From IMG/VR virus record IMGVR_UViG_3300045988_175441, positions 9,959 to 73,958 of that record: a stretch of 64,000 bases of DNA; one strand, 5' to 3'. A program made the position numbers and the translations under genes. Under the pieces are notes generated by a model. The model did no database searches and had not been told where the DNA came from. It saw only the letters and a list, made by a program, of their open reading frames with translations. This document shows, piece after piece, positions 37,301 through 45,461 of the stretch. Source of the DNA: a virus. Positions within the stretch are counted from its first letter, which is position 1, and each line of letters starts with the position of its first letter.

Positions 37301-38482
37301 AAGGCTATGTTTGCAGGTATTAAGGGTTCATGGTCGAACGCTGTTTACTACTCAATCTTAACTTGGTTCTGGGGATTGATCGTAGAGTTCATACCTTCAA
37401 GTTTCCAGTTGGGAGTAAGTATTATTACAGAAACAGCAAAAGCCTTGAATGATTCTCCACTCGGAATGGCAGGGAGCTTTGGTGTCGGCTTTGGAGTTCT
37501 ATGTGTAGCGTGGGTTCTTACTTATCCGTTCGTGCAAGTAGCAGATAAGAAAATCTCATTGATTGTCGGGCTTATCTATATGTTTGATGTAATACGTCTA
37601 GCAATCAAAGGTTGGTTGTTCGGACGCTACGGTTTAGACAGCATTATCTACCAAAACTCAGGTGGCTTTGGAGCAGGTGCTTTGCTAGGACTTGCGACAG
37701 GTGGCTTGCTAGGAGCTAAACAAGACCTTCAACAACGCTTGGGTAATATCAAAAATAGCTTTAGTGGTGGAGATAATGTCACAGGAGATAGTCCTACTAC
37801 TGATGATGATGGAGACGTTGTACCAAACAGTCCAACTAGTCCAACAGGTGGCGCAGATGGCGAAAATCCAAATGAGCCAGACGGTCAAGCAGTCGGTGGA
37901 GATAACCGTAAAGAGCTTACAGATGACGAGAAGAAACGCAATCCGTTCCGTAATGAAGAAGGCAAACCTAATGGAACACCTAAACCAAAACCAAAACCTA
38001 AGAATAATGGTAAATTTGGTAAGTTGATGTCGGTTGCAGGAAAAGGAGCAGGTGTTTACTATCAAGTCGCTAGAATTGCTACGACAGCTACTATGTCGGC
38101 TATCGGTATGAATAACCTTGCTAACAAGACGAATAATGCGTTCAACACAATAGGACGTGGTATAAGAAATCCTCAAAGCCCTGTTAGAAAAGCAGTAGGA
38201 CAAGGAGCAAGCAAGTTCAAAGACTTTGTAGATAAACGGAGAGCAAACAAACCGAATCCAACAGGAAACGGTAGTAAGATACCTACGTCTGCTGACAAAC
38301 CTAACAGTCCACAACGTGAAGGTAAGATGAAGCCTACAATCGTCAGTCAAGAACGTTCTGCTCAAACGTCCGTTATAACTGACAATTCTTCTTCTAACAC
38401 TCCAAAAGTCACTCGTAAAGAGGGCATGAAACCAGTTAAAAAGCCTGTACGCTACCCTAAGAAAAGGAAAAAGAGAAAGTAA
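34313..38482 (+). CDS. Giant polytopic membrane protein (VirB6/TcpH/Orf15-position channel component candidate)
   Basis: Signal or TM at the N-terminus, a roughly 380-aa extracytoplasmic region, at least two clusters of TM helices, and a low-complexity basic C-tail. 1389 aa. Confidence 0.6.
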   Translation: MRRFKKKLGNILLLSCLLFSTGVTTMVSTSHVVYADDDGKAKVQPAEKVKEVEIKANPEQKRGAIAYAMYQDIGVGVTQRVKFQPYFNIAGGSPVLVGINSANQAYSPAKIGDEGGGSDAKMSYFSASKIGSSKNTNALIAQDEAYMKTFYKAEDGYWYEEKSGDKLLAYRPVKVSSHNLETGNPWKLEDFSNDVDAFQNAQKGTMFVFVPVADIKTKNATAGVFFDKSGSYSVRSKLVEKKEKKQSQADRKKTQQDKQKALAEEFASSYPNVGDRPSTNTLLAYIMYTKGGSGDDAIKDIDLSYGEIKYYPAPSSNVLVNDDAYKSNEAVRKYAGNGETKGAYIPNSINMAGSPQPEGKTLANMLKVYGGWGFISVSATATDTNSTTSNNLGSILGDIWDNNNGWFGVIGNVILTILAPALWIIAMVFDVFNSVANAFLGFVTGLGNIFGDPIGMIFYKAKGESGSDNWLVNLAVNLKDYFFTNEFIAGMAETINAYRNWIFFVWLLIGLLSLIYRMTFRKGKYGQAMTKWFFRVSAPVVMIILAGIVTGSTVANGAGYNQQQDASDKEIDMLKYAVAFNLDLREAYNFAGKDGAPKYQELIDKDDIDISTWNMSSKQIKDLNQRIEAKLGSELSADLSQHNTQGATFDVNTYLSGIAQASKLANAQRTGNSVASNDLPADFVKNGYMSYKIEGENKEKTKFTIYGAPMLKISGGSQQSADFVPVGYQFDGYPYIFTQNDASIKRQEEESESASDENKSTEYAYLSGTSNAKDPNYKKQFYIGFYGVYWEATPVSLSQPWTYLYGANTNNNAITEHPSTYMYGAGKSTQIANLRKQQGSNLEDDDKAPESVTTPQMSEDGKGYKSEGRKHYFYWKYINAYNLALINKYMGTKSDMDVSDLQLSNQSVVFLLQSQLKETELRYYASNLNHSDSGKGKSSSKTPFIYNRFITPQKSDDIASVKISGFFITLAYTIILMTYVKTLATISISDYIVGRWKAMFAGIKGSWSNAVYYSILTWFWGLIVEFIPSSFQLGVSIITETAKALNDSPLGMAGSFGVGFGVLCVAWVLTYPFVQVADKKISLIVGLIYMFDVIRLAIKGWLFGRYGLDSIIYQNSGGFGAGALLGLATGGLLGAKQDLQQRLGNIKNSFSGGDNVTGDSPTTDDDGDVVPNSPTSPTGGADGENPNEPDGQAVGGDNRKELTDDEKKRNPFRNEEGKPNGTPKPKPKPKNNGKFGKLMSVAGKGAGVYYQVARIATTATMSAIGMNNLANKTNNAFNTIGRGIRNPQSPVRKAVGQGASKFKDFVDKRRANKPNPTGNGSKIPTSADKPNSPQREGKMKPTIVSQERSAQTSVITDNSSSNTPKVTRKEGMKPVKKPVRYPKKRKKRK

Positions 38483-38552
38483 CCACAGACTTTTAACGAT
38501 ATGATATAATTAAACTATAAGCAATAAGCTGAAAAAAGAAAGGTAATTAACT

Positions 38553-38831
38553 ATGTTTACAAAACTACAACTATTGGCTACATTTGATCCAAGTTTGAAA
38601 AATCAACTGAACAACATTAAGAACAAAACACAAGTTGTCGAAGCAGGAAAAGAATCTCAAAAAGATTTGGTTGGCTTGACACAATGGGGCTTGTTTGCAA
38701 TTATCCTTATTGCAGTCTTTATGGGCTTCCATTATTCAAGAAAGCATGATTGGAAAAAGGCAGTTTTCTCCTTTGGTACAGCAATTCTAGCAGGTATCTT
38801 TGGTTGGCTTATCCTTCCTAGCTTTGTCTAA
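38553..38831 (+). CDS. Small membrane protein, 92 aa
   Basis: Two C-terminal TM helices (WGLFAIILIAVFMGF and FSFGTAILAGIFGWLILP). Confidence 0.6.
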   Translation: MFTKLQLLATFDPSLKNQLNNIKNKTQVVEAGKESQKDLVGLTQWGLFAIILIAVFMGFHYSRKHDWKKAVFSFGTAILAGIFGWLILPSFV

Positions 38832-38841
38832 GAACATAAAG

Positions 38842-38874
38842 AAAAGAGAAGTTTATAGCTTCTCTTTTTTATTT
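38842..38874 (+). terminator. Rho-independent terminator ending the T4SS operon
   Basis: AAAAGAGAAG/CTTCTCTTTT 10-bp stem followed by a T-run. Confidence 0.8.
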
Positions 38875-38880
38875 TAAAAA

Positions 38881-38936
38881 AACTAGCAAAAAAACCACAA
38901 AAAATACTAGCAAAAATAAAATCATTGTGGTATAAT
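38881..38936 (+). promoter_or_regulatory. Promoter with two direct ACTAGCAAAAA repeats (putative operator)
   Basis: AACTAGCAAAAA (38881) and TACTAGCAAAAA (38905) overlap the -35 region. TGGTATAAT at 38928-38936. Confidence 0.5.
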
Positions 38937-38966
38937 GAAATCACGATAAAAAAGTAAGGGGAAATT

Positions 38967-39110
38967 ATGGTGGCTAAAGACCTGATAGTGTACGGTTGGA
39001 AAGTACCACGAGAACTTGTGGACGAATTTAACCGTGTCAAAGAAGAAGAAGGGTTCAAGACCAACACAAAGACCTTGGACTTTATTGTTCGTGACTATTT
39101 TAAAAAATAA
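38967..39110 (+). CDS. Small ribbon-helix-helix (CopG/Arc-like) protein, 47 aa
   Basis: AAGGGG SD. MVAKDLIVYGWKVPRELVDEFNRVKEEEGFKTNTKTLDFIVRDYFKK fits a strand, helix, helix pattern. Below the ORF-track cutoff. Confidence 0.5.
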   Translation: MVAKDLIVYGWKVPRELVDEFNRVKEEEGFKTNTKTLDFIVRDYFKK

Positions 39111-39127
39111 AAAAAGGAGATTTTTTC

Positions 39128-39922
39128 ATGAAGAAAACAATCGTAACTTTGGCTTGCTCAGTAGTGTTGCTTTCAGTAGCAAACACTACCACGACTTTCG
39201 CTGATGAAGTCATCAGTCCAGACGCAGTAGCAACAGCGACAACTCAACCTACGGACACTAACGTTCCAAGCGCTGACGCAGTTGATACAGGTAACGCAGG
39301 AAACACAGGTACAGAAACACCTGCTGTTCCAGAAGTACCAGTTGTTCCAATCGCAGATGAAAAACCAGTTGAAACACCTGCTGTAACGGAAGCACCTGCA
39401 ACTACGGAAACTCCTGCTACAACAGAAACACCAGTTGTTCCAGAAGTTCCATCAACTACAGAAACGCCTTCTACAACTACAGAGCCTTCAACAGAAGCTC
39501 CTGCTGTACCAGAAGTGCCTGCTACAACAGAAACACCTTCTACAGCAACAGACAAGGCAGATGACAAGAAACCTGCTGATGACAAAAAACTTGCTGATAA
39601 CAAGAAGGACAATACCAACTTGCCTATCGTTGATCCAACTACAACAGACGCAAAACCAGTTGAAACTGACAAGGGAACAGTATTAAGCACAGATAACGGA
39701 AAGGTTATCGTTAAAAATACTGAAACAGGGGAAGAACAAACTTTTGCCCCAGAGGAACTTGGTGGACAAGTCGAAAAAGACGGTACAGTTACCGTTAAAG
39801 AAAAAGACGGTAAATTGACACGCCTTCCAAACACAGGTTTAGAAGAAAGTGCGTCAATGCTTATCGCAGGACTAACTACTTTGTTCTCAGGCGTTGGACT
39901 TTTGAAACGCAAAAAGGACTAA
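39128..39922 (+). CDS. LPxTG cell-wall-anchored surface protein with T/E/P-rich repeats
   Basis: Signal peptide, TETPATTETP-type repeats, then LPNTG, a hydrophobic segment and KRKKD. Confidence 0.85.
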   Translation: MKKTIVTLACSVVLLSVANTTTTFADEVISPDAVATATTQPTDTNVPSADAVDTGNAGNTGTETPAVPEVPVVPIADEKPVETPAVTEAPATTETPATTETPVVPEVPSTTETPSTTTEPSTEAPAVPEVPATTETPSTATDKADDKKPADDKKLADNKKDNTNLPIVDPTTTDAKPVETDKGTVLSTDNGKVIVKNTETGEEQTFAPEELGGQVEKDGTVTVKEKDGKLTRLPNTGLEESASMLIAGLTTLFSGVGLLKRKKD

Positions 39923-39960
39923 TACTATCTAAATACCTCTTTCATAACAAATTACAAGAA

Positions 39961-39992
39961 AAAGACAAGCAGAAATGTTTGTCTTTTTTTAA
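39961..39992 (+). terminator. Rho-independent terminator
   Basis: AAAGACAA/TTGTCTTT stem followed by T7. Confidence 0.75.
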
Positions 39993-40035
39993 TTTTTGGG
40001 TTGTAATTATAGTAAATGCGTGATATAATGCTTTA

Positions 40036-40162
40036 TAAGGTGTGGGTAAGATAGTTGCGTGTCTTACTTAAACTCCTAAAATATTCTCAACCGAGAAAAA
40101 CTTAATTTCTTTATACACGGTAGGTCGGTTCGTTGCGGCTCTCTCCTACCGTGTTTTGTTTT
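40036..40162 (+). ncRNA. Candidate small RNA or structured leader of about 125 nt (alternatively an oriT-type inverted repeat)
   Basis: Promoter TTGTAA-N17-TATAAT with TG (40001-40029). Hairpins GTAAGA..TCTTAC and CACGGTAGG-N20-CCTACCGTG, followed by TTTTGTTTT. No ORF. A separate TGGTATAAT promoter follows for the HU gene. Confidence 0.3.
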
Positions 40163-40218
40163 AAAAGAATCTATAAAATGGTATAATCGTTATAGAATGT
40201 AGCAAGGGGGGTGGAAAC

Positions 40219-40497
40219 ATGAAGTCTAAACGAGATATTTATAAATCAATGGCTAAAGCCCTTGACTACAGTAACGAGCGTTCAAAAGAAGCAGTAGAGT
40301 ATATCTTTGATAAAATCTCAGAATTTCTAGCAGAAGGCGAAAAAGTTCAGTTGATTGGCTTTGGTAATTTTGAAGTGCGAGGACGTGCAGAGCGTAAAGG
40401 TCGCAATCCACAGACAGGGAAATCTATTATGATTAAAGCAAAGAAAGTACCTGCTTTTAAATCAGGAACAGCCTTGAAAGAGCTAGTAAATAAATAA
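40219..40497 (+). CDS. hup: HU/IHF-family histone-like DNA-binding protein (copy 2)
   Basis: 92 aa. [41 protein letters not shown]. Collinear with 174..452. Confidence 0.9.
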   Translation: MKSKRDIYKSMAKALDYSNERSKEAVEYIFDKISEFLAEGEKVQLIGFGNFEVRGRAERKGRNPQTGKSIMIKAKKVPAFKSGTALKELVNK

Positions 40498-40510
40498 GAG
40501 ACCAGAGGAA

Positions 40511-40537
40511 GTCTATGAGAAATCATAGGCTTTTTTA
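40511..40537 (+). terminator. Rho-independent terminator
   Basis: GTCTATGA-GAAA-TCATAGGC stem followed by T6. Confidence 0.7.
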
Positions 40538-40546
40538 TTTATTTTG

Positions 40547-40575
40547 TTGACAGAGGAAAAGAAAGAGTGTATAAT
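40547..40575 (+). promoter_or_regulatory. Reiterated promoter cassette P1
   Basis: TTGACA-N17-TATAAT within GAGTGTATAATATAAACATAAAA. Confidence 0.7.
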
Positions 40576-40609
40576 ATAAACATAAAATCTAAGAAAGGCT
40601 TTAAGGAGA

Positions 40610-41974
40610 ATGATTTTAAGAGGGGAAGAAGTGATAGAACTCCGTCCTTGGCAAAAGTCGGCTCTAGTTCGCAGTAGAAGGGAGATAGACGGTATTTTCC
40701 TTGAAGCACTAGGTGGACGTGGTAAGACAATCGCAACAATGGCGATCATTCAGGAGAAGAAAGCAGAGCGTGTTCTAATCTTGAATAACAAGACAGCCAT
40801 ACTCAATGGTTGGGAGAAGGACGCTCAGGAGCTAAATTTGGGCTATCCTGTCGCTTTTACGGTCAAAACCGACAAATGGTTAAGGTCGAAAGCGAACGCT
40901 CTTAGAGAAGCCGAGAAGGGGCTTAAAACGCTTCGTAAAAAAATAGGGGTACGAAAACTCTATAGACAGAATCCAAAGTATGTAGAACTTAGCGAGAACG
41001 TGAAGCAGTTGAAAGCAGAGTTGGACTATGATGTACTTGTCATAGATGAATGGCAGGATATGTGTAGTAATCAGACCTGTAAGGACTATCTACATATCCA
41101 GAGAAAGTACACTATCGGCTTATCTGCAACACCTATCAGGCGCAAAGGGGAGAACTTTTACCCCCTTGAAAAGACCTTCTTCAAGACGCAAGAACCGTCC
41201 AATAGACAGGAATGGCTCTTAAAGTGGGGAACACTAGTCTATGATTCTTATTCTGCAATGAAAGCAAAGTGGAAGGATTTTGCAGACTACGAGAGCTATA
41301 TTGCTCAACTAGATAACCGTGGCAATTTTATGTGTTGCGAGGAGATCGAGAACATAGAGCAAGCTGTATTAAACAATGGCTTTGCAAAGGAGCTTTACCT
41401 AAAGCGTGTTTCAATCCCTGAGAAGAACAAAGAAAAGCTGAAAAGTTTTAAAAAGTTCAACGTCTTAGGAGTAGATGGCGATTATGTCATGGGTAAAGGC
41501 TCTATGTCTAACAAGCATACCGAACGCTTGCTGAGACAAGCAGAGGTTGTTATTGAAGATGGCAAGCTGATCGTAGATGACACTAAGATTAGTCCTGTAA
41601 TGGAAATGGCAGGTGGAATGTTAGAGAGGTCATTTAACCGAAAAGAGGGGCTGAAAGGTGGCGTGGTTGTCGTTTGTGAAAGCAAGAGAGTAGCAAAGGC
41701 AATGTATGAACACTTTAAAGGCAATTCTCTTGGGCTATGGACTGGCGATAAGCAGATAGACCACTTGAACAGCGCTAACTTAATTGCTACAGCAAAGGTC
41801 ATGGGAACTGGTGTAGATGGATTGCAGTATCGCTTTGATACTATGATTGTACTTGATCCAAAACAAGAAGGAAGTGGAGAGTACAATGATTATAGACAGT
41901 TGCAATGGCGTATCTCAGGGGCAAGACAACAACACAAAGTGAACATTGTTGAAGTGGTTTTCGTAGAGGAATAA
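40610..41974 (+). CDS. Superfamily-2 helicase-like ATPase (DEAD/SNF2-like)
   Basis: Motif I LGGRGKT, motif II VLVIDEWQ, motif III LSATP, and a C-terminal QLQWRISGARQ (motif VI-like). Confidence 0.65.
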   Translation: MILRGEEVIELRPWQKSALVRSRREIDGIFLEALGGRGKTIATMAIIQEKKAERVLILNNKTAILNGWEKDAQELNLGYPVAFTVKTDKWLRSKANALREAEKGLKTLRKKIGVRKLYRQNPKYVELSENVKQLKAELDYDVLVIDEWQDMCSNQTCKDYLHIQRKYTIGLSATPIRRKGENFYPLEKTFFKTQEPSNRQEWLLKWGTLVYDSYSAMKAKWKDFADYESYIAQLDNRGNFMCCEEIENIEQAVLNNGFAKELYLKRVSIPEKNKEKLKSFKKFNVLGVDGDYVMGKGSMSNKHTERLLRQAEVVIEDGKLIVDDTKISPVMEMAGGMLERSFNRKEGLKGGVVVVCESKRVAKAMYEHFKGNSLGLWTGDKQIDHLNSANLIATAKVMGTGVDGLQYRFDTMIVLDPKQEGSGEYNDYRQLQWRISGARQQHKVNIVEVVFVEE

Positions 41975-41977
41975 ATT

Positions 41978-42544
41978 ATGGGGATAAAAGAGATAGTTCA
42001 AAGAATTTTTAAGAAGGAAGCAAAAGTGCATATTCTTCTTGATATTGACGGAGTGCTTAACACAAACAAAGAGCCTACTGGCTATTACAAAATTATTTCA
42101 CACCCTTGGGGAAGGTGGACTGTAAGGACAGATGTTTTGGATTGGGTAAAAGAACTTTCAAGCATGGATAATGTTCAAGTCCATTGGGTATCAACTTGGG
42201 AAGATGAAAGCAATATTATCAATAAGTACCTAAATATCAAGGAGTTTCATTGTTTTAAAGTTAATGGAACGGTAGTAGAAGGGAAATTAAAAGCAATTAA
42301 GGAACAACTAGCGACAGTCAAAGGGAAAACAATTATTGCAATAGATGATGATTTGAACAGAAATCAGTTGCTATCTTTAACAGAGGAACAGAATGTTAAT
42401 AAGTTGAGACAAGAGGTTACTAACCTTGCTTATCAAAATCACAACGCTTTTTATGGAGTAGTTCCTGATAGAAATATTGGAATAAGTGACGAGGAAATGA
42501 AATTTGTTGGGGAAATTATAGAGCAGGAGTTGGCAAGAAGATAG
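41978..42544 (+). CDS. HAD-superfamily hydrolase-like protein
   Basis: N-terminal ILLDIDGVLN (DxDxV), then VSTWE, then IAIDDD, in the order of HAD motifs I-IV. Confidence 0.5.
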   Translation: MGIKEIVQRIFKKEAKVHILLDIDGVLNTNKEPTGYYKIISHPWGRWTVRTDVLDWVKELSSMDNVQVHWVSTWEDESNIINKYLNIKEFHCFKVNGTVVEGKLKAIKEQLATVKGKTIIAIDDDLNRNQLLSLTEEQNVNKLRQEVTNLAYQNHNAFYGVVPDRNIGISDEEMKFVGEIIEQELARR

Positions 42545-42548
42545 CTAT

Positions 42549-42577
42549 TTGAATTATTCAGAGGAACGGTGTATAAT
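42549..42577 (+). promoter_or_regulatory. Reiterated promoter cassette P2 (variant -35; apparently leaderless)
   Basis: TTGAAT-N17-TATAAT within GGTGTATAATATAAATATG. The A of the ATG at 42584 is the 7th nt after the -10. Confidence 0.5.
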
Positions 42578-42583
42578 ATAAAT

Positions 42584-43207
42584 ATGGGGAAAAGACAAGA
42601 TGTGGTTGTCAATCGCTTGTATGAGCTTGTAAAATCAACCTCAAAACCCAGAATACCAATGGCAGAATCTTTGAGCCGATATAGTGGGCTAGATGTCGAA
42701 CAGGTAAAAGATATAGCCATAGAAATCAATAAAGCACGCAGGATAAACAGTTTACCCAACTACCGAATGGTAAGTATCTTACTACGAGTGCTTCCTGATG
42801 AAGATATAAGGTATCTTCTGAAATTGAATCGAGAAGCAAGGTATGGGAATGAACAGAGAACTCCTGATGAAATGCTTGCGATTAGTATTTTTAGGAAAAG
42901 AATTAGTGGGCAGTTTAACCAGACCAGAAACGAAGTCTTTTCAGAACTGGTAAAAAAACACGCTGATCTAAATATCGTTCCTTGCGAGACGATATTAGAC
43001 GAGCTAGAGGACTATTTTAACAATAGTGAAATGATAATTCTTAGAATGGTAGCAAGAGGTTACAACCCTAAAATAGAGGACGCAACAAACACTATAAGTC
43101 TGCTGAGTGCAGAGCATAGGCAACTTATGAGAGAAAACAGAAAGAAAGAAAGAGACAGGTTACTATATGAGTACGAAAGAAGAAGTAAAACAGAAAGTGA
43201 AAACTAG
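42584..43207 (+). CDS. Hypothetical protein, 207 aa
   Basis: ATG at 42584. The track start at 42569 lies inside the promoter -10. Confidence 0.55.
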   Translation: MGKRQDVVVNRLYELVKSTSKPRIPMAESLSRYSGLDVEQVKDIAIEINKARRINSLPNYRMVSILLRVLPDEDIRYLLKLNREARYGNEQRTPDEMLAISIFRKRISGQFNQTRNEVFSELVKKHADLNIVPCETILDELEDYFNNSEMIILRMVARGYNPKIEDATNTISLLSAEHRQLMRENRKKERDRLLYEYERRSKTESEN

Positions 43208-43646
43208 CTATAAATATCATCATATCACGAGACGATATTTGAAGCGCAACTATCAAAAGGTTCTTGAAATTCAACGCAGATACCGAGAAGCACACCCAGA
43301 AAAGTCGAGAGAGTGGCGTAGAGAAGCGCAACGTAGGTTCTATCTGAAAAATAAGGATAAACCAGAGTATCAGGCAAGTAAATATTACAGCAACCAAAAA
43401 GGGAGCTTTAAACGCTATGTGTTGAATCACGCAGAGCAGGAAGAACTGAACCTTTTTCTATCCGTCTTGGAAGCTAAGAAGAAGAATGAAGCAGTCAAAC
43501 GCCCTGTACTGATTGCCCTAGATGATAAAGAAGTTCAAAAAATGCGAACGATAGCTTACCGTTTTATCTTTAAGAACGTAGAAGCAAAAGACTATAAGCA
43601 GGTTGAAGGCTTTATCCATGAAGCGCTAGAAAAACTAGAACGGTAA
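43167..43646 (+). CDS. Hypothetical basic protein, 159 aa
   Basis: ORF overlapping the upstream gene by 41 nt. Arg/Lys-rich. Confidence 0.5.
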   Translation: MSTKEEVKQKVKTSYKYHHITRRYLKRNYQKVLEIQRRYREAHPEKSREWRREAQRRFYLKNKDKPEYQASKYYSNQKGSFKRYVLNHAEQEELNLFLSVLEAKKKNEAVKRPVLIALDDKEVQKMRTIAYRFIFKNVEAKDYKQVEGFIHEALEKLER

Positions 43647-43649
43647 GGT

Positions 43650-43823
43650 ATGAAGTTCAAGCTCTTATTGTTACTAGTCAATGCAGGGGCAATGTATCTT
43701 GTTTATCTACATGAAAGCCCAGATAGAACCTTGCTTGGGTTATCTATCTTATTTTCCACCTACATTTATCTGTTTGTCAGGTATTTGTTTTGCAGACCAC
43801 AGAAAAACGCAAAGAGGAAATAA
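43650..43823 (+). CDS. Small membrane protein, 57 aa
   Basis: ATG after TAAGGT. MKFKLLLLLVNAGAMYLVYL...LSILFSTYIYLFVRYLF suggests two TM helices. It ends before the terminator, unlike track ORF 43681..43863. Confidence 0.45.
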   Translation: MKFKLLLLLVNAGAMYLVYLHESPDRTLLGLSILFSTYIYLFVRYLFCRPQKNAKRK

Positions 43824-43830
43824 CCTCATG

Positions 43831-43856
43831 GAAGCCTATAAAGGCTTCTTTTTTTG
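43831..43856 (+). terminator. Rho-independent terminator
   Basis: GAAGCC-TATAAA-GGCTTC stem followed by T7. Confidence 0.8.
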
Positions 43857-43858
43857 TA

Positions 43859-43899
43859 AATGAGCCTGTTCACTAAACCAAGAAAAAAAGAGTTATACT
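43859..43899 (+). promoter_or_regulatory. Promoter/operator element shared with 19195..19233
   Basis: ATGAGCCTGTTCAC-N16-GAGTTATACTAG. Confidence 0.55.
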
Positions 43900-43932
43900 A
43901 GAGATAAATAAAAAAGACAAGGAGAAAGCAAT

Positions 43933-45459
43933 ATGGCTTTTGGGGAAAATATAGAAAAACTTAGCTCAATTACTTTAGAGTGTCATGATATGGATAGTGG
44001 TTCTAATTATGGAACAGGGATTGACGCTCCTGACGTGGAATTAAATGACGCAGACCTAGAAAAACTTGCTGATTGGTATGTGAAGCACTATGGCAATGGT
44101 TCAGTAACAGTCGAGGACGTGAAGGATCATGAATACGATAACGAAATCAAGGAAATCATTGAACAGGCTATCCTAGATAATGCAACGGTTTATGATGAAA
44201 AAGCAAGAAAATACTACAACCAGACTGTAAAATCCTATTATGTAACATATTCTGCAAAAGTGAACTGTTCTTTTGAACTAAATGGCTTGAGCTTTAATAT
44301 CAACTATGATGAAATTGAACGCAATTTTCCTTTTACTAAAGGTTTAGAGGACTATTCAGAAGTCCTAGAACTAGTTGAAAAAGACGAGCTAGACAACTTA
44401 TTATCAGATGACGATAAGAACGAGTTGGAACAATTAAAAGTCCAGATTAAAGACAATTACTACTCAGTTGCAAGCCTTCCTGTAGAAATTGATTGGGAAA
44501 TGTGTAAAGGCTATGCAAAAGAAGCAGGTGTAGCTGATGAATACCTGACAGAAGCAAACTTAAACCGTGCTTTGGAGCTTACTTTGCAAAATATTGCTCT
44601 TGAATACACTAAGATAGGGGATTGCTTTGTCCTTATCAAAGACGGTTTGATCCATGTAGGAACAAACATTGTAGAATATGAAGATACAGCAGAAGAAGAT
44701 ATTGAAACGATTAGTAAATTGACTATAGAGAAAGACGACTTAGGAATTTATCGTCTGTATGTATCAGGAGAAATGCAGGACGAGTTGAACAAGGCTACAG
44801 AATACAAAGAAGTTATTACACGAATTTGGAGTTATGTAACATGGTTTAAGCAGGAAAAAGCAAAAGCAGATACCTATATCCAAGAAATCAATGCAAAAAT
44901 CAAGAATATCTTATCAAGCATTATGGAACGTATCTTGACTGTTGCAGAAGTTGAAAAAAACCAAGAATGGGTGGTTAAGAAACTAGACCTTGCAAACGAG
45001 TTAGAACAAGCAGTAAAAACTTACCTAACTGCTAAAAGGGAAATGCGTCACGCGCTAGAAGATGATAGTTTGGAAAAATTAAAGGTAGATACAACAGCTA
45101 TTGGGCTACTTAACCTAGACGCTTTAACAGGTGGATCTTTAAGAGTTGGAGTGGAATTTTTAACAAGCGTTTTGGGAGACCTAAAAGAAGCGAAAACGTC
45201 ATTTTCTATGTTGCAGGTGGCAGAAATTTCCTTTGAAGAAGTGTTGAAGATGGAATCAGGAACTTGCTCATTGGTTCTAACAGAAATCAGTTCACAACTT
45301 AAAAAGCTACTAAGTGAACATAGCGAAAATGAAAAGATGGCGCAGGAAATCGAAGAAGCGCTTGCGCTTACTAAACAACCGAAAGTGATTACAGCAGAAG
45401 AAGAAATGGTGTCTGCATGGAATAAATATATTGGTTTGAAAATGGAAGGGAAGGAATAA
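43933..45459 (+). CDS. Hypothetical acidic protein, 508 aa
   Basis: Long ORF with an AAGGAG SD. No motif recognised. Confidence 0.7.
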   Translation: MAFGENIEKLSSITLECHDMDSGSNYGTGIDAPDVELNDADLEKLADWYVKHYGNGSVTVEDVKDHEYDNEIKEIIEQAILDNATVYDEKARKYYNQTVKSYYVTYSAKVNCSFELNGLSFNINYDEIERNFPFTKGLEDYSEVLELVEKDELDNLLSDDDKNELEQLKVQIKDNYYSVASLPVEIDWEMCKGYAKEAGVADEYLTEANLNRALELTLQNIALEYTKIGDCFVLIKDGLIHVGTNIVEYEDTAEEDIETISKLTIEKDDLGIYRLYVSGEMQDELNKATEYKEVITRIWSYVTWFKQEKAKADTYIQEINAKIKNILSSIMERILTVAEVEKNQEWVVKKLDLANELEQAVKTYLTAKREMRHALEDDSLEKLKVDTTAIGLLNLDALTGGSLRVGVEFLTSVLGDLKEAKTSFSMLQVAEISFEEVLKMESGTCSLVLTEISSQLKKLLSEHSENEKMAQEIEEALALTKQPKVITAEEEMVSAWNKYIGLKMEGKE

Positions 45460-45461
45460 TC

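Noticed and set aside
37709-39912. Long antisense ORFs 37709..38365 (minus) and 39244..39912 (minus).
   Set aside because: They are antisense to the low-complexity C-tail of the 1389-aa membrane protein and to the T/E/P-repeat region of the LPxTG protein. Such repeats keep the opposite strand open by chance.
43681-43863. Track ORF of 60 aa.
   Set aside because: It has no SD and reads through the GAAGCC/GGCTTC terminator. The overlapping 57-aa membrane ORF at 43650..43823, which has an SD and ends before the terminator, is more plausible.
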